IMG/VR virus record: IMGVR_UViG_3300045988_177721
Coordinates: 1 to 55,314 of that record
Length of the DNA stretch: 55,314 nt
Direction: 5' to 3' (one strand)
Origin: a virus
Part shown: piece by piece, positions 1 through 9,304 of the stretch
How positions within the stretch are numbered: position 1 is the stretch's first letter
Layout of the letters: each line of letters opens with the position of its first letter
Translations under genes and position numbers: made by a program
Notes under the pieces: generated by a model
What the model saw: the letters and a program-made list of their open reading frames with translations, nothing else
Told to the model about the DNA's origin: nothing
Databases searched by the model: none

Positions 1-55
1 CTTTTTTTATTATAATATAGCTTTAAATTGCTTTGTACTTCCGCTTAGAATAATA
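1..55. repeat. 55-nt terminal direct repeat, identical to 55260-55314; circular-closure or terminal-redundancy overlap
   Basis: Positions 1-55 (cttttttt...gaataata) are identical to 55260-55314. The phosphoesterase ORF stops at 10-12 and the next minus-strand gene (55246) sits 22 nt further with its RBS, so gene spacing continues across the junction. Confidence 0.85.
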
Positions 56-786
56 TGTGGATTATCCTTGCTAGCTGGTTTGAATTCAGCTGCTTCAGCA
101 TATCCTCCATAGTTTAATGTTGCTGCAGTATTTACAAATAATTTTGTAACTAATGCAACTGAACTTGAACGAATATCAACTCTATGAAATGATTGTTTCA
201 TGGTCATAGGTAAATGTGTATGAGAATGGATGTATATATCAGCATCAACAATTGAAGCCATATCAGCTAATCGAATTGCTTTTGCTCCTTCTTTTCTTCC
301 TCCTCCACCACCATGAGTAACAAAGATTACGTATGGTACTTTTGAATAATGTTTGTTACTATTCATTTTGCCAAATCTTAAAAAGATTAAAGCTGATTCC
401 TTTGCATATCTATCTTCAATTCCTAATTGCATAGCCATTAATCTAGTTAAATCAACTCCATCCCATTTCCATGTTCTAGCTTCATGATTACCATAAGTGA
501 TAGAAAGAATTTTATCCTTAATAGGTTCAAATAATATACACATTTTTGCAAGTTGATTCATCGGCGTTTCTTTTTCGTTATATACATCTCCAACTGAATT
601 TTTCGTTGAATTGTTTAAAATATCACCATTAATTATACAATAAACATTTTTGTTGTTTTTAACATATTCAACTTTTTCTTTTACTAGTTCAATATCACAA
701 AGAGGGTCTCCAAAATGTATATCAGCAAAAATAACAATTTCTAAGCTTGTTAGATTTTCAGATAAATCTATTTTTATTGTTTTCAT
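10..786 (-). CDS. Calcineurin-like metallophosphoesterase (phosphatase or phosphodiesterase)
   Basis: Motifs D-x-H...GD (ADIHFGD), GDxxN (INGDILNN), GNHE (YGNHEA), HGG and GHxH-like (HSHTH). RBS AAAGGAAAA upstream. Preceded by hairpin copy D. Confidence 0.7.
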   Translation of the reverse strand: MKTIKIDLSENLTSLEIVIFADIHFGDPLCDIELVKEKVEYVKNNKNVYCIINGDILNNSTKNSVGDVYNEKETPMNQLAKMCILFEPIKDKILSITYGNHEARTWKWDGVDLTRLMAMQLGIEDRYAKESALIFLRFGKMNSNKHYSKVPYVIFVTHGGGGGRKEGAKAIRLADMASIVDADIYIHSHTHLPMTMKQSFHRVDIRSSSVALVTKLFVNTAATLNYGGYAEAAEFKPASKDNPHIILSGSTKQFKAIL

Positions 787-817
787 AAGTAATTTTTCCT
801 TTCTTTAAGGGTGATTA

Positions 818-864
818 GAGAAGTTGATTTAATAAATATATTACTTTTTAATTTTCAACTTCTC
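818..864 (-). promoter_or_regulatory. Conserved stem-loop element, copy D (minus strand), upstream of the phosphoesterase gene
   Basis: Minus-strand reading GAGAAGTTGA-[aaaattaaaaagtaatatatttattaaa]-TCAACTTCTC. The loop shares a 20-nt identical core TAAAAAGTAATATATTTATT with copies B and C, while the 10-bp stem differs by compensatory changes (GTTGA/TCAAC versus AACGA/TCGTT). It is preceded by TTCTCAGAGAA, as in copy B. Confidence 0.6.
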
Positions 865-907
865 TGAGAAAGCTTTTTTTATTATTATTTAGAATCTTCG
901 GTAAGTT

Positions 908-3865
908 TTATTTAATATCTTCATGAGCAAGTATAATTGTACGATAATTAGCTGATTTAACACGTCCGAATGCTTTTTCTAAAATTCGTCTAACTTTTAA
1001 TTGAGCATAATAACTTGTGCAAAGAATCTCTACTCCTCTATTAGTATCTTCTACATAATCAACATCATCTAGATATATCTCATTTTCATCTAAAACTTTT
1101 TCGACTATTTTTTCATAGTTTACATCTTTAAGTTTAGAATCACTTGCCTTTTTAATAATTTTTTTTTCATCTTTAACATATCTTTCAGGATTATAAAAAT
1201 AACCATCCTTCATAGCTTTTTCAATATTTTTAGTAGGTCCATAAAATCTATATAAAGTCTCATCTCTATTTCTTTTTAGAGCAACAACTGTTAATTCATA
1301 TTCTTTAGCAACAAGTTTTGGGTCTTCGTCTGTTTGTCCCCACCATTCTTCAACATAAGAATCTTTAAGTTTAGAATCTTTGGTAACTTTTTTATATAAT
1401 TTTATAATATTTAAAAGTTTTTCACTATTGTTAACTTTAGAATCAATAGTTTTAATATTTTTGATAAAGTATAATTTTAATATATTTTTTAACTCTTCAT
1501 AATCTATATCCGTTGTCATAACTTTAATAGTATCATTTGCTACTAATTTACTATTCATAAATTTTTCTTTTCTTTGTAAAGATTTTAAAGCATCATTTGC
1601 TTCTTTACTTGAATCAAATTTGATTAATATATTTATAGGTTTATTTTCTAATTTATCCTTAACTTTAGAATCTTTATAAGTGTGCTTCTTATATTCGTAA
1701 AGTAAATCATTTATTTTTTTAGAAAGTAACTTACATTTCTCATCTTTAATCTTATTTAATCCATTAGCTCCATCTTCCAATAAACCTACTGTCTCGCTTA
1801 AGAATCCATAATCTCTATTAGAATTTGTTCTTTTATTATTTTTTAAATAATCAACTTCTTGTTCTAATTGCTTATAAACTTGTAAACCTAATTTATAGAA
1901 TTCAGCTATTTTTTCATCATCTTCTTTGCCTAAAATTTTTCTTGAATTAGCTGAATGAGCTCTATCGAAATAATTTCCCATTTGAGCAAATTTATAAGCT
2001 AAATTTTTTAATGTATCAGAATCTTTTAATTCCTTTTTTAAATCTTCAGTAACTTCTTCGTAAGTATCAACATCTCTGGCTTTGATTTTTTTATATTTTT
2101 TCCAAGTTTCAAAATCTTCTCTTACCATATAATCACTATAATCATCGTATTCTTTAACTAAATCAGGTCGAGTGTCCATATAGTCAAGAAAATCTTCAAC
2201 TAAATCTTCATCTTCATTTCTTAAAGTATTTCTAATCTTTTTTAAATGAATTCCTCTTAACGCACCATCTCTCATTTTTTTATTCTCCTCATCTTCAAAA
2301 AATTTTTTATTATTTATATAAGTAATTTCTTTTTCTACAAAAATTACATATGGAATACCATCTTCTTTTTCTAATTTCTTTTGTTCATATTGAGCTTCAC
2401 TTAGAGATGTAAAAGTTCTCTCTGGTTTAGCTCTGCCATGTGATATATCCCATTTTCTTTCTGTTGTTATTCCATAAATAGTAACAACTTTTAGATTTAA
2501 TTTGTCTATTTCTTTTTTTGGGTCTTCGCTATAATCACAGCTAGCAACTCCTTTGCCTTTATATCTGATTTCATAATGAGCGTCATCAGAAGTTCTGCCT
2601 ACTAAATATACATCAAAACCATTATAAGTAAATTCTTTCTTTTCAATATCTTTAATAATTGAATCTTCTGTAAATGTATTTAACCATTTATTTAATTCTT
2701 TAACCGAATTAAACTCTTTCTTTTCTCCTTTTTGTAAATCATTGTCCCAACCATTATAAACACCTTCTGCGATAATTTTTCCGTTTTTTCTATAAATATA
2801 CATATTACCTTTAGGTGTTCCCCAGTCAGTAGTTCCGAACCAAGAATTTTCATCTCCTACTTCCGATTCTCTAAACATTCTCCGCGTTGTTCCAGCATCA
2901 TTTATATTATTTTTTTCAAAATTTTCAGCCCTTAAAGTTTTAAGTTCTGTTATATGTTCTAATTCTTCAGCAATTATATGAGCATATATAGATTTATCTG
3001 CTTCATTAGCATATTTCATAGCTTCTTTATAACCAACAATTGCTTCTTCTTCATCGGCTATTAATTCATCTATTTTTTTGATTCTTTCTTCAGGAGATAA
3101 ATCCTTTAATTTTTCAGAATAACCAGAGTCTTTTAAACTATTAAAATCTTTATATATATCAGTAATCCAATCAACTAATTCAGCAATTTCATCTTCTGTT
3201 ATACCTTTAATATTATTAACTTCAGCAATAGCATCATCTCTATTATAATTATATTTTTTAAAAATTTTAAGCAATCTTGTTTTACGATTTTTAATATTAA
3301 CATCCTTAATAGAGTCTACTACTTCTTGGGTTTCTTTAGATGAGCTATCTTGAATTCTTGCAATACCAGCTCTTCCAGCTTTACATAAAGCGATATGATT
3401 TCCTCTAATGTTTGCTTGATATAAATTATCGCCTTCACCTAAAATATCACAATCATACCCACAAGATAACTCTGTTTTTTCTCCTGATTCAATTTCAGCA
3501 ATGGCTTCAGGGTCCGTGAAAATTAAATTAGCAATAAGAATATCAACATCGTTTAACTTAGAGGCTCTAACATCTCTAGCAAATCCAATTGCATAATCTC
3601 GATAATTATCAACGTTTACATCTTCATCAGGATGTTCATCAACTAGAGGTTTATTTTCAAAAGAAGCAATAGTTGATGGAGATAAAACTTCAGATTTAGG
3701 CCTATCAATTTGTATAACTGAATCGTCGTTAGAATCTTGAAAAATTTCAGATTTCAAATATTCTTGTTTTCCTGTTCGAGCAATGATAGAATCAACACAA
3801 ACTAGATATCCTTCTGGAGTTTTATATCGTCGATTACTTAGTTTTACTTTACTTAAAAACTTCAT
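908..3865 (-). CDS. Large (985 aa) virion-associated multidomain protein; function unknown (candidate minor head, internal or tail protein)
   Basis: Long ORF in the late block. The N-terminal roughly 150 aa resembles a DUF2213-type phage domain (..ELSCGYDCDI..). The central helix pair EEEAIVGYKEAMKYANEADKSIYAHIIAEELEHITEL resembles a ferritin or rubrerythrin-like E..EExxH metal site. The remainder is K/E/D-rich. Confidence 0.6.
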   Translation of the reverse strand: MKFLSKVKLSNRRYKTPEGYLVCVDSIIARTGKQEYLKSEIFQDSNDDSVIQIDRPKSEVLSPSTIASFENKPLVDEHPDEDVNVDNYRDYAIGFARDVRASKLNDVDILIANLIFTDPEAIAEIESGEKTELSCGYDCDILGEGDNLYQANIRGNHIALCKAGRAGIARIQDSSSKETQEVVDSIKDVNIKNRKTRLLKIFKKYNYNRDDAIAEVNNIKGITEDEIAELVDWITDIYKDFNSLKDSGYSEKLKDLSPEERIKKIDELIADEEEAIVGYKEAMKYANEADKSIYAHIIAEELEHITELKTLRAENFEKNNINDAGTTRRMFRESEVGDENSWFGTTDWGTPKGNMYIYRKNGKIIAEGVYNGWDNDLQKGEKKEFNSVKELNKWLNTFTEDSIIKDIEKKEFTYNGFDVYLVGRTSDDAHYEIRYKGKGVASCDYSEDPKKEIDKLNLKVVTIYGITTERKWDISHGRAKPERTFTSLSEAQYEQKKLEKEDGIPYVIFVEKEITYINNKKFFEDEENKKMRDGALRGIHLKKIRNTLRNEDEDLVEDFLDYMDTRPDLVKEYDDYSDYMVREDFETWKKYKKIKARDVDTYEEVTEDLKKELKDSDTLKNLAYKFAQMGNYFDRAHSANSRKILGKEDDEKIAEFYKLGLQVYKQLEQEVDYLKNNKRTNSNRDYGFLSETVGLLEDGANGLNKIKDEKCKLLSKKINDLLYEYKKHTYKDSKVKDKLENKPINILIKFDSSKEANDALKSLQRKEKFMNSKLVANDTIKVMTTDIDYEELKNILKLYFIKNIKTIDSKVNNSEKLLNIIKLYKKVTKDSKLKDSYVEEWWGQTDEDPKLVAKEYELTVVALKRNRDETLYRFYGPTKNIEKAMKDGYFYNPERYVKDEKKIIKKASDSKLKDVNYEKIVEKVLDENEIYLDDVDYVEDTNRGVEILCTSYYAQLKVRRILEKAFGRVKSANYRTIILAHEDIK

Positions 3866-3904
3866 ATTTCTTTTCCTTTCTAAAAATTTATAAAAATAAT
3901 TTAT

Positions 3905-3924
3905 ATACTAATTATATAATCAAA
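3905..3924 (-). promoter_or_regulatory. Candidate late promoter motif TTTGATTATATAAT (minus strand), about 45 nt upstream of the 985-aa gene
   Basis: The 14-nt motif is identical to the one found about 45 nt upstream of the scaffold-like gene (49804-49817). It contains a perfect TATAAT with no obvious -35. Confidence 0.3.
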
Positions 3925-4003
3925 ATCTCTTTAAATATAATCATATAAGCTTAAAATTAAGCATTTAAGAGACTTTTACATGTTTAGTATATAAATTATA
4001 AGA

Positions 4004-4420
4004 TTAATTTATAAAATTATTTTTTAAATCTAAATTAACATCTAAATCACCATAAATTGTTGCTACTTTGAAATAACAATTATATATATGATTATTAAGT
4101 ATTTCAGATTTGAATTCTAAAATTGATATAACATCAGGATGGTCAAGAATAGTTGTAATAATATAAGAATCCATTATTCCTACTTTTTTTGATTTTTCAA
4201 ATAAAGGAATTCCAACACTAACATTATACCATAACTCACCTTTAATAACATTAAGTCTTTGAATAAGAGAATCAGCAACTCCTTCTTGACTAACACTGTA
4301 ATTATCATGTTTATTATTTTCATTATAAAACTTTGCAGTTCCATCTTCATTTACTCCATAACTTCCAAACCAAACAACATTATAATTATTATCACTTTTT
4401 TCAAGTCTTCTACATTTCAT
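4004..4420 (-). CDS. Hypothetical virion-module protein
   Basis: ORF track 4004..4444. The likely start is at 4420 (MKCRRLE), with RBS GGAGAG 8 nt upstream. Its ATG overlaps the TAA of the upstream gene, suggesting translational coupling. Confidence 0.55.
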   Translation of the reverse strand: MKCRRLEKSDNNYNVVWFGSYGVNEDGTAKFYNENNKHDNYSVSQEGVADSLIQRLNVIKGELWYNVSVGIPLFEKSKKVGIMDSYIITTILDHPDVISILEFKSEILNNHIYNCYFKVATIYGDLDVNLDLKNNFIN

Positions 4421-5103
4421 TATAACCACTCTCCTGCATCCCATAACTTATTAGCATCATTTGAATCCCAAATTGCAATATTTTTTTCTTCTGTTTCATA
4501 TACTTTGTATTGGATTCCCATTGATTTAATGGTTAATAAATTAGCAAAGAACATATCTCTAATATTATCACTAATAACGTTAGTTGATGAATTTTCATCT
4601 AATATTAAATAAACCGTTCCTGATTCGAGAGGTAAAGAATATAAATAAATTGGTAATTCAATTAAAGTATATAATTTTCGGATATCTTCATACGTACCAA
4701 GAAAACTATTTTGAACTATTTTTACTAGAATTAATTTCAATAATTCAATATTAGTTAGCTTTAATGATTTATGAATATTATCTCCCTTTTCATTCATATA
4801 ATCAACGTCGAAATATCTAGTAACTCCGTATAATGAAGCCATTTTATCTAATAAATCAAACTCATAACCAGTTGGAGATATTAAATCTGAAGAATCTTCA
4901 TTTTGAGAAATATCTAAATCATGAAAGTAATTAGGATTTGTTAAATTCATTGCACGAAGTAAATCGTTCGCAGTTGAATTAGTATCTAACATAATTTGAT
5001 ATAATATTTTAAAGTGTTCAGGATAACCATATGAATTTTGTAAATATATAGGAAGTTTTTTGAAATAATAACTCCATTTTAATATTTTTTCATTTATTAT
5101 CAT
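4420..5103 (-). CDS. Hypothetical tail or baseplate-module protein
   Basis: 227-aa ORF in a tightly packed operon. Its position after the 456-aa baseplate-like gene is reminiscent of XkdU/gpI-type proteins, by position only. Confidence 0.55.
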   Translation of the reverse strand: MIINEKILKWSYYFKKLPIYLQNSYGYPEHFKILYQIMLDTNSTANDLLRAMNLTNPNYFHDLDISQNEDSSDLISPTGYEFDLLDKMASLYGVTRYFDVDYMNEKGDNIHKSLKLTNIELLKLILVKIVQNSFLGTYEDIRKLYTLIELPIYLYSLPLESGTVYLILDENSSTNVISDNIRDMFFANLLTIKSMGIQYKVYETEEKNIAIWDSNDANKLWDAGEWL

Positions 5104-5111
5104 ATTATCAC

Positions 5112-6482
5112 CTATGCAGTAACTGTGATAGTTAATTTTTTAATTGCTTGAGTATCATCTTTTTCAGTTGAGTAAGTGTTTATATCAAAGAAAGTATCTT
5201 TGGTTTGATAATTATATAAGTTGTCATTTTCTTGAGTAGCAATAAAAGGTGAAGTCGTATCAGAATATTCTAACTTAACATCAATTACATTATATGTTCT
5301 TTGATTATCAAACATTGGGTCTTCATCACTTATTGTTTGAATTAAATCATAAGTTGTAAAGTTTTCGTTAATTGATAAGTCATTTAGGTAATTTTTGACA
5401 GCCTCAGTCATAGTAGTAATAGTTGCGCTTTCATAACTTGAGAAATATTTTCCAGGTCGATAAGAAATAATAATCTTTAACTTGCTGTTTATTCCAGTAC
5501 ATTCTTTCCAATATACATCTACATTTGCAGTTCCTTCACCTAAAGTTGAACTTTGAACATATTCATAACTTTTATTAATTCCTGTATTAGCTTGACCTGA
5601 AAATTGATTAGTATTTATACCTGGAGTTAATTTTTCATAAATTCGACTTCCAATTATTGAATCGTCAATTTGTACTCTATTATCTTTTCTTAAAACAACG
5701 TAGATTGATTTAGCTAAAATTGATGTTCCATCGAGAGCAATGATGGATGAACCTGAATCATTATTATAAATAACACAATCTGCAATTCCTGTAATGTTTA
5801 AAAGACTTCCAATTAAATTCGATAATACTGTTACACCTTGTGAAGATATTATTTGATTTCTTCTACTTCTTAATTCTGAATCTGTTTCATCAAATGAGCC
5901 TATATTTGCATCTTCAGGTTGATTTATTTTTAGGTTTGTATTATTTTCAACCAAAGTACTTATCCATCCTTTAGGTGCACTTACAGGACCTACATTATCA
6001 CAATAAACATCAACTAAAGTTAATACATCTTTTTCTAAACTTATAGGAGAATTAACTAAAACTTGAGTTGACCATGTTAAACCAGCTTGGTCTAAAAATT
6101 TCAATGGAGAACTTGCTGTTATTTGAATAGTTGAATCAGAAAGATTAGTTAATTCCAATTGTGCTTGTGATTTAGTTGCAGAATTACGATATACACCAGA
6201 TAAAGCTGCTAAACTTTCAAGAAATTTACCTGATGCAGTTCGAATATCTAAATTTGAATATAAGTATTTAACATTTTGTAAAATATTAAAAATCATTAAA
6301 GATAGAGTTTCAATGAATACACCATCAGCAGTTGTATTGTTCAAATCTATATCACTTCCATATATTTCTTTATATTTTTCAACAATTGCTCTTTTAATTG
6401 TTGGATAATCAGCAATATTTAATCCACCTGCTGTTAATTGAATCAATGAAGAAAAACCTCTATTGTCTTGAATTAAAGCCAT
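5112..6482 (-). CDS. Putative baseplate protein (baseplate J-like by size and position)
   Basis: 456-aa ORF downstream of the tape-measure-like genes. No diagnostic motif was verified. Confidence 0.5.
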   Translation of the reverse strand: MALIQDNRGFSSLIQLTAGGLNIADYPTIKRAIVEKYKEIYGSDIDLNNTTADGVFIETLSLMIFNILQNVKYLYSNLDIRTASGKFLESLAALSGVYRNSATKSQAQLELTNLSDSTIQITASSPLKFLDQAGLTWSTQVLVNSPISLEKDVLTLVDVYCDNVGPVSAPKGWISTLVENNTNLKINQPEDANIGSFDETDSELRSRRNQIISSQGVTVLSNLIGSLLNITGIADCVIYNNDSGSSIIALDGTSILAKSIYVVLRKDNRVQIDDSIIGSRIYEKLTPGINTNQFSGQANTGINKSYEYVQSSTLGEGTANVDVYWKECTGINSKLKIIISYRPGKYFSSYESATITTMTEAVKNYLNDLSINENFTTYDLIQTISDEDPMFDNQRTYNVIDVKLEYSDTTSPFIATQENDNLYNYQTKDTFFDINTYSTEKDDTQAIKKLTITVTA

Positions 6483-6497
6483 TTTTTATTTACCTCC

Positions 6498-6875
6498 TTA
6501 AATTATTCCTATTACCACTCCATACTTAAGGGAGTGTAATTCAATATTTTTTGAATCAACCTTGGTAAGTTGTTGATTATTATTTTTTTGATTTAAATTT
6601 TGAATAAAATTTCTATCTAAAAATAAAACTAAAACAACATTATCTTTGTTTACTTCTAAATTTTTTAAGCAATAACAATCAATCGTTATTTCACTTTCAT
6701 TTGTGTAAGTTGGAAATAAGTTAACCTTAATTATATTATCTTTAATTGATTTAACTATTCCTAAACTTGCAACCTTTAAATCACGTAATATGTTTCTTTT
6801 CAAAGCTAATAATACTTCTAAATCATCATTCTTAGATATTCCTCTATATCCTTGTCGTCTAGCATCATTTGACAT
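6498..6875 (-). CDS. Hypothetical baseplate-module protein
   Basis: 125-aa ORF. Its 11-nt overlap with the upstream gene suggests coupling. Confidence 0.5.
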   Translation of the reverse strand: MSNDARRQGYRGISKNDDLEVLLALKRNILRDLKVASLGIVKSIKDNIIKVNLFPTYTNESEITIDCYCLKNLEVNKDNVVLVLFLDRNFIQNLNQKNNNQQLTKVDSKNIELHSLKYGVVIGII

Positions 6876-7863
6876 TACCTAATCCTCCTAAAATATTAGA
6901 CCAAAGTGATTTAGCTTTACATTCTAAATTGTAACTAAAATTACTTCCTCTGTTTTCTAAATTTATATCGATTTGATAAACTATATAATTACCATCTCTA
7001 TCCATAAATTGAGCAATATTTTTCAAAGCTTCACTTTCATCTCTTGTACCAATATCTATTATTGAATTATCAACTTCAATTGTATCACCAGGAGCAAATC
7101 CAAAGGTTGGCATTAATGATATTTTCAATCCATCCGAATCTAATGATGGATAACCACCTGTGAGGATTATGGTTGAATTGGTAAGTTTTATTTTTCGAAT
7201 ATCTCTTCGGTAAGGACTCCATATTGCAACATCACTTCCTAAAATTCCATCTGTATTAACGACAAAATTATTTGTATTGCAAAGAGTATCTAACCAACTT
7301 CCTACTTTTCCATTTGCTATTTCGTTTTCTTTTAAAATTCTACTTTTAAAATCTTCATCGATGTATGCTTTATTTGAACTAATTCCTGCTCTAGCTAATA
7401 TAAATGATATCGCTGAATACATATTAATTCCTGAATTTAGAGAAAGGTTTAATCTATTTTGACCGTATTTAGCAACCATTTCTGAAGCACATAAGATAAC
7501 AACATCATTACTTTTTCTATCTCCTAAAACGTTTGATATGTATAACACACCACCTTTGAAAATAGTATGTGCTCCAGAGGTTTGATAATCTTTTCGGTAT
7601 CCTGCTTTAATTTCTATATTATAGAATTGTCCTGAAATCAACTCTGTTATTTCTCTATAAGTTAAATTAGTTATAGTGACAGTCATTCTATCTTTCAATG
7701 AAGATAAATATTTAGTTCCTGTTACAGAAATGTTTAAATCAGGTTTACCTTTTTTCCAATTAGCTCCAAAAACCATTTTCTTTTGATATTTGGTGCTAGT
7801 CAAAATTATTTCTAATTCTCTCATCCATGCTCTAGCTTTAATTTTTTCTGCCATAGAAATCAC
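6865..7863 (-). CDS. Hypothetical tail protein
   Basis: 332-aa ORF. Its start is 1 nt after the stop of the upstream gene. Confidence 0.55.
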   Translation of the reverse strand: MISMAEKIKARAWMRELEIILTSTKYQKKMVFGANWKKGKPDLNISVTGTKYLSSLKDRMTVTITNLTYREITELISGQFYNIEIKAGYRKDYQTSGAHTIFKGGVLYISNVLGDRKSNDVVILCASEMVAKYGQNRLNLSLNSGINMYSAISFILARAGISSNKAYIDEDFKSRILKENEIANGKVGSWLDTLCNTNNFVVNTDGILGSDVAIWSPYRRDIRKIKLTNSTIILTGGYPSLDSDGLKISLMPTFGFAPGDTIEVDNSIIDIGTRDESEALKNIAQFMDRDGNYIVYQIDINLENRGSNFSYNLECKAKSLWSNILGGLGNVK

Positions 7864-9303
7864 CTATTTAAATACATTAATTTTTACAATTTCTGTAATA
7901 ATTTCTTTAAATTTAGTTAAATCAATGTTAGAAGCTAATATCGCATAGTTGGTTAAATTTTTTTGAAGAGCTTCTATTTCTTCATTAGTTCCACCTGATT
8001 CACGTTTTGCTAATGTTTTAGTGTTAGCTAAATAAACTTGAGTTCCCTCTGAAGTTGAAAATAATAAAGTATCACTACTACATTCTGATAAACTTTGAAT
8101 TGATTTTTCAGAAATATCTGATACAATAACTGGATTTGGATTGGTAGAGCTTAGTTGATTAGATTCAATAACGTTTAATTCATATTGTGATTCTTCAGTA
8201 GCTTTTGTAAAAGAAAAAATATAATAATTATTATTTATAGTAACAAAACATTGTTGAGAAGCATCTTCTCCAAACCCGTATAGTGACATGTTTTGTTCTA
8301 ATTGTTCAAATTGTTCTACTAATTTTCCAATGAACTCGTTAAATCTATCAATTTCTTTTCGTTGTTTTTTAGAATTGTTTTTATAATACTTAAATCGTTT
8401 AATTTGATATTTATTTTTTTGTGCTCCTCTAATAATTCCAACAATTATTCCAGCAACAACAGCTACTGCTGCTACAATTGCAGCTGCTACCCATCCTGGA
8501 CCAGGAATTGCTGCAAAAACTCCACAGAGACAAGCTATTCCTTTAGCAATTGCTAACGTTACACCTGCACCAGCTAATCCTCCCACAAGTCCTACGGCTG
8601 CTCCAGCTGCTGCCCCAGCTGCTGTTGAAAGGATTTTCTGTCCGACTGCTAAATCGTGTTGAATTGCGTTTTCTAAGAAATTATCAGCAAATAATCCTTC
8701 ATCTGAAAGTGTTGCAATAGCAACTTGAATAATATCTCCTACGTTTAAAAGTTCATCCGTAACATCTAAAGCTAAAGGGTCAGAGATACGAGGTAGAGAC
8801 GTATCCTTAATATCTTTATCATATTCAGGTTCATCAACTATAGCTGTTATTGCTTCTTTGAATTGAAAACTAAAATCCATTGAGGATTGATGTTCAGTCC
8901 AATTAATTGAAGTTAGAACCATATTTTTTCTAACTTTAAAACGATTTTCATCTCCACCTTTACTTCTTTTAACTAAAGTACACATGATACCTTCTCTATT
9001 AATTCTTTCAAATGTTTCTTGAATATTAGCTAATCTATCACTAGTTCCAAAATTATATTTTTTATTTCCGAATAAAGAAAACGTACCTGAAAAACTCATA
9101 TCAATTGGATTGTTATACATATGGTCAGCAATAACATCACCATTTACTAATGGATGTGTTGTAATATCTGAACTAACTGTTGTTGAAGGATCTTCGACAT
9201 AATCAAACATGAAATCTTTAGTTTCTCCGTCCATATCGCATCTAACAACAAGGTTATATACTTTAGAATCGTCTAAAGGTGTTATTTTATTCAAAACTGC
9301 CAT
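7864..9303 (-). CDS. Tail protein with a long Gly/Ala-rich hydrophobic (membrane-spanning) segment; second half of a split tape-measure or ejection-type protein
   Basis: About 75-aa stretch AAGAAAGAAVGLVGGLAGAGVTLAIAKGIACLCGVFAAIPGPGWVAAAIVAAVAVVAGIIVGII. It directly follows the coiled-coil protein with a 1-nt gap. Confidence 0.55.
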   Translation of the reverse strand: MAVLNKITPLDDSKVYNLVVRCDMDGETKDFMFDYVEDPSTTVSSDITTHPLVNGDVIADHMYNNPIDMSFSGTFSLFGNKKYNFGTSDRLANIQETFERINREGIMCTLVKRSKGGDENRFKVRKNMVLTSINWTEHQSSMDFSFQFKEAITAIVDEPEYDKDIKDTSLPRISDPLALDVTDELLNVGDIIQVAIATLSDEGLFADNFLENAIQHDLAVGQKILSTAAGAAAGAAVGLVGGLAGAGVTLAIAKGIACLCGVFAAIPGPGWVAAAIVAAVAVVAGIIVGIIRGAQKNKYQIKRFKYYKNNSKKQRKEIDRFNEFIGKLVEQFEQLEQNMSLYGFGEDASQQCFVTINNNYYIFSFTKATEESQYELNVIESNQLSSTNPNPVIVSDISEKSIQSLSECSSDTLLFSTSEGTQVYLANTKTLAKRESGGTNEEIEALQKNLTNYAILASNIDLTKFKEIITEIVKINVFK

Positions 9304-9304
9304 A

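Noticed and set aside
4259-4612. Plus-strand 117-aa ORF in the track
   Set aside because: It lies entirely inside minus-strand genes 4004-4420 and 4420-5103, is low complexity (Ile/Phe-rich from AT-rich antisense) and has no RBS.
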